A stretch of DNA of 64,000 nt from Eledone cirrhosa (lineage: Eukaryota), in the NCBI GenBank assembly GCA_964016885.1, contig OZ024743.1, positions 4,712,001-4,776,000 on the forward strand. The letters run 5' to 3'. Made by a program: the position numbers and the translations under genes. The notes beneath the pieces were generated by a model that saw nothing but the letters and a program-made list of their open reading frames with translations, ran no database searches and had not been told where the DNA came from. Numbering within the stretch: the stretch's first letter is position 1; each line of letters starts with the position of its first letter. Below are positions 51,396-64,000 of the stretch, piece after piece.

Positions 51396-54300
51396 CAAAG
51401 TTTGTTTTATAAATGTTGACATATCCAGGAAGAAGATCTTAACGGTTTAAGTTTTTCCTGGATATCCCTTTTGCTTATATATATATATGTATATAGTGAA
51501 AGAGAGACAGTAAGACTGAAAGACATCGTATGTGTGTGCACACATATGAGTCTATTTTCCAAATTTTGCTCGATATTTTTGGAATAAACTACAATTCTTG
51601 GTTTGCTACAATAGGAAACAACACTTCAACATAGTTAGTTATGACCCAATTAGTTATGACCTGATCCCAATTCTTGCAATAGGATATTCTCTATTAAAGG
51701 CCGCAAAGTGCCAGATGATGGTATTGAACTAGGGGACAGATTAAATCTATCACCGAAGAATATGTACAGCCCCTTTGATTGACATTGTAACAGTTCATTT
51801 TCAGTGCTTTAATAACGTAGCCTACGAAGTTATTTGTCCATTATAAATTTAGATCTCAATTACATTTATTAGACTTGAAGTTGAGCTTTCAACTTTGGGT
51901 GAAATTTTCTCACTGAATATAAATTCTGCCGATAATCATTATAACATAACCTTATGTTATAAAATTTCATATAATTTTCATCATTTTCTTGTCAATACCG
52001 CTTCAATCACATTTCTGATGTTTGTTGCTGTTGTTACTGGTTTTTAATTATTCGCAGTAGGTCTTGCGGTAATTATTTAGAATTTGAAATTCTGACATCA
52101 AGTTTTTCTGGAGTTGACTTTGATTTTTCTTCTCATAGAGGTCAATAAAAACTGTACCAGTAATATAATTGTTTCTACATTTGGCACAAGGCCAGCAATT
52201 ATCCCAGTGGTGCTCTATTTTATCGACCCCGTAAGGATGAAAGCAAAGTTAACCTCGGCGAGATTGGATTTCAGACCATAAAGGGCCGTAACTCTTTGCT
52301 GCAAAGCATGGGTCAGACCCTCTACCGATAATGATTTCTACTATAGGCACTAAGCCAGTAATTTGGGAGGAGCGGAAAGTCGGTTAAATCGACCCCAGTA
52401 CGTTATTGGTGCTTTATGTTATCGACCCCGTAAGGATGAAAGGCAAAGTTAACCTTGGCGGGATTTGAACTCAGACCATAAAGGGCCGTAACTCTTTCAT
52501 GCAAAGCATGGTGTCAGATCCTCTACCGATAATGCAAGTGGATTTGATTAATTATAGTCCACCTCCCTTTAAAATGTGCTGCATTGATCCAAGCTAAAAA
52601 TAATCCAGATTAATTTAAACGGAGATTTCTGATTTTTTTTTTACGTTTCAATTGCTGCTTCACAGAGAAATTGAGTCAGGGTTGAGCCAATGGTTCAGAA
52701 ATAGACATTTGTAACAAAACTCATATCAGTAAAGAATATCAAATGATTTTGCTAGAAAATAAACTAAGATAATTCTATTTCTCTATGTTAAAGTTAAAAA
52801 TGAATATTCTCCTTCAATTCTGTCCTATTTTATTACGAGATCGAAGGAGCGGGTCATTTATGATCATTGTGAAATATTTACATCTAGATCTAGTTAAATA
52901 AGTAAAGAAACCTTATATATATTTATTTGTCTAAGGATTTATTTGAAAAGGATGTGTAGAATTTGAGACCGATGTATTCTTAATGAAATGCGTGTGAATG
53001 AACAGCCAAGGATCTGAAATCAACCAGTTGTTCATTGTGTCCTGTGTATCATACATCAGTGTAGAAAAGAAATAAATGAACAAAAACAATAATAAAAAGA
53101 AACAATCATAATCATAAAAGCAAACTGAGAAACATTTATACTCAAACACAAAGAAAACAGTACTAGAAAATCAAACAATCTCCTGTTTTGAAAGATTAAA
53201 TACAAAATTCTTTATTTTCAGATGGATTTAAATTTCATTAGAAAAAAAAACACACAAAAACATATTGCTTACTTGGATGAAATGTATGTGATCTAGTTAT
53301 ATATTATCATTTTTGTAAACTTCTGATTGTCAATAGTCTGGTATTATATATTAGAGCTCTCGATTAAATAAACAGCTGCGATGAAGACACCCAAATGGTT
53401 TCGATATTGTAGACGGTAAAATCTGAATCTGCAGAACTGGCCGATATCTATTTGTTTCAACTGTAGAAAAAGAGAGGTACGTGACTAAAGAGAGAAATAA
53501 ATAAATAAACATACATACTCTAAAAAAAAAAGAATGCAATAAAATATGAGTGCTTTTCTCAATGGCCCACACGTTCATGAAAAATTGCAAAATTTGTAAA
53601 ATGTCGGACAATCAAAGCAGATGCGAACACTTGACGCGCAATTTCAGATGAGAACCTTTGGTTGTTAGATATTTTGTTTCATTCAACTTCAGTCAATCGA
53701 TTGATGCTATTGTTGTTATTTAGCCACAGGTCAGGCCTGACCGTACAGACCAATGATCAAAAGCATTCCAGCTGCAACCATTTCGTCTGTTTTGTAAGGA
53801 CTTTCCATTGAATGGAGTTGACGCTTGTATCCTTGCGTCAGCATACGTGGCTTGCTACCTACGTGGACGATCGCTTATAAAATATGTTGGTGGGTCTTTA
53901 GTAAAATATTTTACTGATACTCTTTCTACCTCGTCTATTGACTACGTAAAGGCTGCCTCGTTGGCAATATCAATGAAACGCTAAGTAGACTTATGCAGTG
54001 AAAGATCCATAAGCACTTACACCAAACTATATGACTCCTACATGTTTCATTTATTAGTTATTGTTGCACCACCCATATTTTTACATGATGTCTTTTTCTA
54101 TCATTTCAATCAAATAACTAATATATTTCCTTAGTATAAAGCCTCACTGTTCAAAACAGAGATGATATTGCATTACATGTTTATCTATTCTAAGAGCAAT
54201 GGCGTATGCCTTCTATTATAATGATTTCCAATTTAGGCTAGCAATTTGGGGGAAAGAGAAAGCCGGTTTTATCGAAACTAGTACTTAACTGGTATTTTAT

Positions 54301-54500
54301 TTTATCGACCCCGTAAGAATTATAGGCAAAGTTGATCTCAACGGGATTGGAACTCAAAACGTAGAAAGATGTAACTATATACCGCAAGGCATTTTTCCCG
54401 ACGCTTTACGGATTCTACCAATCCACCATGTCTTATAATGACGTAAGTTTTCTATAATAATTCCGCTTTATTTAAAGTCTACTGCTTTATTTATAATATA

Positions 54501-55610
54501 CTAGCATTAAAGCCCGGCGTTGCTCGGGGTCATTAAGTTACCAAAGTTAGGTTGCACCTCCCATTTTATGGCAGCACTTTTTTGTCTGTCAGGCACTGGG
54601 TGAATGAATTGCAGACCTGGAAGCAGGAGCTGCGCCAGCAGTGACAATTGTAGTTTCGCCTATGGATATTATCTCTGTGCAAAAAAGTGTTGAAATTTAT
54701 TGTTTCACAGTACTTGCGGAACACGCGCGTAGACGTTGTCAGCCGAACAACAGAGCTGCGATGGAGTTGTTCTGCATGGTTGTCTGTGTGTTTTCTAAAT
54801 TTAAGACAGTAGGGAGGGTTGTGATATGAGGGAGATTTAGCTGTTGTTTCTGGCAGGTTTAGTGACCTCATAGAGGATATGTGTTTTCTAAATTTAAGAC
54901 AGTAGGGAGTGGTGTGATATGGGGGAGAGTTAGCTGCTGTTTCTAGCAGGTTTAGTGACCTCATAGAAGATATGTTTTCTAAATTTAAGACAGTAGGGAT
55001 GGGTGTGATATGGGAGAGAGTTAGCTGTTGTTTCTAGCAGGTTTAGTAACCTCATAGAGGATATGTGTTTTCTAAATTTAAGACAGTAGGGAGTGGTGTG
55101 ATATGGGGGAGAGTTAGCTGCTGTTTCTAGCAGGTTTAGTGACCTCATAGAAGATATGTTTTCTAAATTTAAGACAGTAGGGAGGGGTGTGGTATGGGGG
55201 AGAGTTAGCTGCTGTTTCTAGCAAGTTTAGTGACCTCATAGAGGATATTATTGTTTATCATTATCTATAAAAGGCAGATTGTTGTTGTTGTTGTTGAAGT
55301 GAGTGTGTTGAGAGAGTAAAACGGACAGTATCACCATCAAGCTTGGAAAGAGAAAGTAGCAGAAAGTATGCAGTTGTATAGATTTTGAATGGTATTGGAA
55401 AGAGTTTAGCAGTTTAAATGACAGAGAAAAATCGTAAAATATTGAGTTTTATCTATTTTTTGCGTAATTGTGGGTGAAATTGAAAAAATGAGATGTGCCA
55501 AGACGCAATCGAAACTATTTCGAATACTGAATTGTAAATTTCAATTGAAGAAATTCTATATCGTAGATTTCTATAAGAAAGGAGCATGACCACACACTGA
55601 GCTTTATAGA
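54501..55610 (-). mobile_element. Non-autonomous Helitron sharing its 3' end with 10326-11310
   Basis: A|CTAGCATTAAAGCCCGGCGTTGCTCGGGGTC is nearly identical to the sequence at 10326; the 5' end at 55610 (A|TCTATAAAG) is tentative. Confidence 0.7.
54787..55246. repeat. Minisatellite of five units, alternating 93/91 bp
   Basis: Unit starts at about 54787, 54880, 54971, 55064 and 55155. Confidence 0.92.
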
Positions 55611-57050
55611 TTATGATATATACGGAATTATAATATATATTTAGGGACTCATATACACAAGGACTCATGCCACCCGCCTACGGTCTTTAAAAACTTCGTC
55701 AAAACATTAGCACTCGAATCTCAAATCTCCCACATACACACACATACACAAACACACACATACACACACGTGCGCATATATATATATATGTGTGTGTGTG
55801 CGTGTGTGCGTGTGTATGTACATGCATTCGTATTTATATATATATATATATATATAAATACGAATGCATGTACATACACACATACACACGCACACACACA
55901 CACACACACGCGCGTGCGCGTGCTTTCTCTCCAGTTTTTATTCTGTTTCATTCTCTTCTTTATTTTTCTATTTTTTTTTCTATATCTCATTCTATCTACT
56001 GATGAAGAACTAATATCCGAAACGTTAAACTCTTTTCCTACTATATCAAGCGTTAAACTAATATATATCTTCATTGTACTGTATCGTTTTACTATGTTGT
56101 TTAACCGTTTACTTTTCGCATATATATATTTATATTTATATTCATATTTACATAACAGATAGGTACTCGGTACAAAATCGTAAAGTAAATGATTCATGAC
56201 TGAGTGTGCCAAGTTTTGAAATCATCTGTGTAGTCAATCATTTGTATATGTTAACATCGCTTAAAATAGCCGAGAGAGATCAAACTAGTGGACCGATTGA
56301 CCCTAATAGCTTCCAACAAAAAACTCAATTATCACATCAGTGTCAGTTAAAACCTTTTTGGTGTAATGTTTTCATAATTTCTTCACGAATCGACTTTTAA
56401 TGATTGTAAATAAATGACGAAATGTTAGTTATATTTGTTTCACAAGGTTTTTTTTATATGAAATCGTGTGTTGAAACAAATATTGTTATATTTGCGGAGG
56501 GTCATGCTGTCCTAATATTGCCAGAAATAGTAAAACATACCCATTGTTTAGTTTGGTTTTCGCTTCAATTTCAGTATATTTTTATATTTCCATAAATAAT
56601 TTAGTTGGCAATCAATGTTTATCATTGATTGACCAACAGTTAAACATATAAACCAAGCCAAACAGTTACTATTTTACTATTTTTAGGACAATACGACCCT
56701 CCACAAATATGACAAGAAATGTTAGTTACCGTTCGATTAATAATTAAAATTGTTACTTTACAACTTCAAATGATATTTTGTGATTTAATAATTATTTTAA
56801 GCAGATTTTGTTGCTTCATTTCTCTAAAGTGTTTATTATTCACGTGGCATTTTGCCATTTAAAAGCGAAGTTATTGTAAATAAGAATAAATTTAAAAAAT
56901 CAACGATGTCAGGTGGGAGGAAATAAGTGAACTAAAATGGTGAAGTCACCAAGAAATCATTTCGAACCATAACTTTATACGATAAAATAAATATCATGTG
57001 ACAGGAAGTTGATGAAGTCGGAGTTGGGTTTATAGGGCTATTTGGATACA

Positions 57051-57175
<125 letters not shown>

Positions 57176-57191
57176 ATATATATATATATAT

Positions 57192-57918
57192 ATAGAAAGA
57201 TTTGAATGGATACAGTTTAGTTGAAAGGAATTTATTGACACGTGTTTCTATAACAGTTACATAACCTAAAACAGCTGCTATCTACAAACTTTTAGTTATG
57301 CAGACATTCAATATTTCAATGTTATTATTTACTGTCATTTCATCAGAATAATATTACTGAGGACCTATTTAGTTTTTATAGAGAATATTAGGAGGGAGAG
57401 GTGAAGTTGTTAGAAGAATAGTTGAAGGAGTGGTTTTTCGATAGCAGTGAGAATTCTTGGTGGCAGTGAGTAATTAGATTCCCATCTGTTGTTTTGACAT
57501 TTTTTATAGAATATATTATTGGTTATTTTTCTAAATCTATAGAAGGATTAGAGATAGTAAAGATATGCGTGGTTGGTTTTGTGTTTGCACTTAATTAACA
57601 TTCAGACTTAAATTTTTCTTTCAAGTGTACGTATCCTTTCACCCACGCATTCACAAACAAATATATTTGCACACCTCTACAAAATACATATACTCACAAT
57701 TCACATATTCATACTTACATATATATACACATGCATACACATATATATACACACATGTATTCATGTACATACATACGCGCTCATGTGTATACATTTTCAT
57801 ACTCAACTTATCTTTATATACACACGTATAGACACACACATATATACATACATACTCTAGTCCATGTGTACACACATACACATACATACACATCCATATA
57901 CACATATATACATACATA

Positions 57919-57976
<58 letters not shown>

Positions 57977-58581
57977 CACTTTAATACATGAATACACTTA
58001 CATCTAACTATACACATCAAACATATATATATATTTACTTATTTATATACATTTTCACATATATATACATACTTATGGACGTTTTTAGACACATTCATTA
58101 TCGCATATTTGTACCTATTCTCATCAGCATATCTTTCCATTATTAGTGTGGTAATTTAAGGTTATTAATATATGTTGAGAAGAGATTGTTTTTATATTTT
58201 TCTAACATAATCACACACAAGAAGAAACTGCTGAATAACAGAATTGAACGAACATTATTCTGCCGTCACAGAACTAAAACCCTTTTTTCCCACTACAAGC
58301 CGAATATTACATAAAAGAGGGACATCCCCCAACTATATAAACCTTAATCTAGTTAGAAAAATATAAAAACAATCTCTTCTCAACATATATTAATAACCTT
58401 AAATTACCACACTAATAATGGAAAGATATGCTGATGAGAATAGGTACAAATATGCGATAATGAATGTGTCTAAAAACGTCCATAAGTATGTATATATATG
58501 TGAAAATGTATATAGATAAGTAAATATATATATATGTTTGATGTGTATAGTTAGATGTAAGTGTATTCATGTATTAAAGTG

Positions 58582-58635
<54 letters not shown>

Positions 58636-59474
58636 TATGTATGTATATATGTGTATATGGATGTGTATGTATGTGTATGTGTGTACACATGGACTAGAGT
58701 ATGTATGTATATATGTGTGTGTCTATACGTGTGTATATAAAGATAAGTTGAGTATGAAAATGTATACACATGAGCGCGTATGTATGTACATGAATACATG
58801 TGTGTATATATATGTGTATGCATGTGTATATATATGTAAGTATGAATATGTGAATTGTGAGTATATGTATTTTGTAGAGGTGTGCAAATATATTTGTTTG
58901 TGAATGCGTGGGTGAAAGGATACGTACACTTGAAAGAAAAATTTAAGTCTGAATGTTAATTAAGTGCAAACACAAAACCAACCACGCATATCTTTACTAT
59001 CTCTAATCCTTCTATAGATTTAGAAAAATAACCAATAATATATTCTATAAAAAATGTCAAAACAACAGATGGGAATCTAATTACTCACTGCCACCAAGAA
59101 TTCTCACTGCTATCGAAAAACCACTCCTTCAACTATTCTTCTAACAACTTCACCCCTCCCTCCTAATATTCTCTATAAAAACTAAATAGGTCCTCAGTAA
59201 TATTATTCTGATGAAATGACAGTAAATAATAACATTGAAATATTGAATGTCTGCATAACTAAAAGTTTGTAGATAGCAGCTGTTTTAGGTTATGTAACTG
59301 TTATAGAAACACGTGTCAATAAATTCCTTTCAACTAAACTATATCCATTCAAATCTTTCTATTTTTCTCCGGATTACTTTTGGAACTACAACTGGAACCG
59401 TCGAGCAAACTCTACGTGAGCTGATAATCTACTGTGTGTAATATTTATATTACAACACAACGGAAAATACTGTA
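57192..59474 (+). mobile_element. PLE fold-back with about 1-kb inverted arms, family E
   Basis: Arms 57192-58206 and 58352-59362 nearly identical, 145-bp spacer, tail to 59474, (TA)n flanks; HHR-like core at 59208. Confidence 0.9.
58207..58314 (+). pseudogene. Last 35 codons of a Naiad-like PLE ORF
   Basis: IITHKKKLLNNRIERTLFCRHRTKTLFSHYKPNIT* aligns with ILSSKNKLLNNKIERSIYCNHRLKEKFSHYKSNP* of the 33393 ORF. Confidence 0.85.
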
Positions 59475-59494
59475 TATATATATATATATATATA

Positions 59495-59594
59495 CAAGGT
59501 GTCGCAAAAAATGTATATATGCTTTGATTACCTGTGCAGGCAATATTTATTAGAATGCTATTGAAGTGTGTATATATTTCTTGGGGACAACCTG
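59495..59594. mobile_element. 100-bp Tc1/mariner-type MITE
   Basis: TA|CAAGGTGTCGCAAAAAATGTATAT...GTATATATTTCTTGGGGACAACCTG|TA: imperfect TIRs with TA TSD. Confidence 0.65.
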
Positions 59595-59597
59595 TAC

Positions 59598-59747
<150 letters not shown>

Positions 59748-61483
59748 GTGAGAGAGCGAGAGAGAGAGAGAGAGATAGAGAGAGAGAGAGACAGTGTGGG
59801 GGGGGATCTGTATGTGTTCGTGAGTTTGTGTGCATGTTTATTATCTAACGCAGTTTCATTGTCACTTCAAGTTATAGAAAAACAATATTTTTTTTAGCAC
59901 GACAGATTTTTGATGGGTTTGTTGTATAAAAGCTTCGAACAAAGTATTTTTGTCTTCAGAAGGAAATTATATTTCACATTACGAACGCGCCGATTTCACC
60001 TTAAAAGACCAAATAGATTTTAAAAAGTATGAAAAAATTAATCAATAAAACTGAAACAACAATAGTTGATAATAATAATAATCTTTCGTTTACTCTTCCT
60101 CTTCGCTATAATTTCGCTCTGCCCTACAATTTTCCATACGTTTCATTGTATGGCCGCATGTGTGTACGTTGTGTGTGTGTGTGTGCACGCGCGCGCGTGT
60201 GTGTGTGTGTGTGTATGTACGTACGTACGTAGGTATGTATGTATGTATGTATGTATAGATGTAGGTAGGTATGTTGTATGCCCCACCAAGTGTCAATCAA
60301 GAAGTTGCAGGTTCAATCCCATTGTGTGACATCGTGGAAACATACCTGCCATAATAGACCCGAGTCGTCCCAAGTTTTGATTAAAATTAAATTAATAAAA
60401 AGTGTGTATAAGCTGATCAGATGGAAGGTATCCGCAATACATAAGTTTATCTTTATCACACAGGGTCTCACTCTGATTCTGGCTGAGGATTACTTTAAGG
60501 ATGCAAGTGGCTGTGGAATACATGGAATACAATGTGTAAGTAATTTCATTCATTGAACAACCACAATGTTCGTTGTCGAAATTGGCGGAGTATCTATTTA
60601 TTTTTAAATGTATCTATATATATATATCCATGTAGGTCAACGAATATTCATTGAAAATACATTGGTCCAAAAAGTAATTGGGTGGAAAACACATTCCTAG
60701 AAAAACATTCGTAGGAAAATAAATGGAAAAAATTGGTCGAAATATTAGTCAAAGACAAGGCGGAATGTTCGTTGAAGTTTCAATTATTTTCAAAAAATAG
60801 GTTGAAAAATGATTTATCAAAGTAATGTAATAATTTGAATGAACTGCCATCATGTTCCGGGGCGTCAAAATAAAAGAGTTCAAAACAAACAAGAGATGCG
60901 TGCATGTGAAAATATACATCATAGTATACTAAAGAGTATTTGCAATATACAAACATGCAGACAAGTGGCGGGAATGTTTCTCTGATCAGCAAGGTTTCAA
61001 TCAAAAGAGGGAACAACTCTGAAAACAAAACATTGTCGTTTCTATTTAGTATCTAAAGTAGACACTTAATGATGGCGCCAAAACTGACTGATCACCGGTT
61101 GATCAGATATATACACATATAATGTGCAGAATCTAACAAGCTGTACTGAGCCGAAGGTTTTAGTTCAATGCCCACTTCTTTGGTTAAAAATAGTGATGTG
61201 ACGTGCAAAGCTGATCAGAATGTGCAAGCATGATTTTTGTTCTGGTCTTCAACATGATGAAAGTTCGCTACAACAGGATGTCAGAAAAATGTACTCCACG
61301 GTATATATATACACGTAGTTTTAAATATCATATTCGGTTGCTTACCACTATTGTGGAAGTTCAGAATCTTAGTCAATAAAAGTTCCTTCAAAAGAAATCA
61401 TCAGGTTTACCTGATGATTTCTTTTGAATGAAACAGTCCTGCAGAAGCCATTTTTATAGTATATATATGTGTGTGTGTGTATA

Positions 61484-63310
<1,827 letters not shown>

Positions 63311-63332
63311 CACACACACGCACACACACACG

Positions 63333-63490
<158 letters not shown>

Positions 63491-63651
63491 ACACACACAC
63501 ACTCTCTCTCTTTGCAAGAGATGTCAACATGAATGGACCTGTTATTTTTATCTAAAGACATTTTTTTCCAATATTTTTTCCATAGTTTTTCCATATTTTT
63601 TCCATATTTTAATAAATATATATATATATATATATATATTTATTTATTTAT

Positions 63652-63803
63652 TTATTAAAATAACAGATTAAAGTTTAAGCAAAGAATCGGTGCTATCACC
63701 CTTAACGGGATCTTCTGAAACTCTACGGTTCTTATATATTTGATATATATTTACCATTATCGAGCCCTCTTTGGATTTTAGTCTTCAAATTTATTATTAT
63801 TAC
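63652..63803. mobile_element. Rearranged family A copy (HHR segment joined to an inverted upstream segment)
   Basis: 63652-63721 matches 12787-12856; 63721-63803 is the reverse complement of 1404-1486. Confidence 0.75.
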
Positions 63804-63822
63804 TATATATATATATATATAT

Positions 63823-63889
<67 letters not shown>

Positions 63890-64000
63890 TATTTCTTTTA
63901 TTTGCCACTAGGGCATCAAAAGTGGGACAAGTACAAAGGGGGGAGTTTACACAAAAAGGCGTCCTCAATAAGGAGAAGGCAATAACAAAATATAAAAATA
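63890..64000 (-). mobile_element. 3' end of another Tx1-like LINE in (GATA)n, running off the window
   Basis: Minus strand ends GCCCTAGTGGCAAATAAAAGAAAT then (ATCT)n, like the ends at 2214 and 44243. Confidence 0.7.

Noticed and set aside
55992-56030. CUGAUGA..GAAACGUU hammerhead-like motif
   Set aside because: Stem I does not pair and stem II has a closing mismatch; at most a relic. The motif at 61411-61438 is likewise truncated by a local inversion.

Overview
Animal genomic DNA that is AT-rich and saturated with microsatellites. The SINE types and repeat density suggest a cephalopod such as Octopus (inference). No host protein-coding gene could be identified; almost all ORF-track entries are microsatellite read-throughs. 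Transposable elements dominate. There is a near-intact full-length Tx1/L1-clade LINE (38220-44243, intact 1139-aa ORF2) plus three fragments, two R4/Dong-type RLE LINEs in (TAA)n, a CR1-like fragment, three non-autonomous Helitron candidates, two MITEs, many tRNA-derived SINEs, and Penelope-like element (PLE) remnants with Naiad-type GIY-YIG domains. The most striking feature is invisible in the ORF track. Many fold-back or terminally redundant non-coding elements sit in (TA)n tracts and carry type I hammerhead ribozyme (HHR) folds from more than ten distinct sequence families. Several have non-canonical cores: U3-A8 covariant in up to four families, U4A in one multi-copy family, and U4C in one. 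All folds were derived by eye and cleavage activity is untested.
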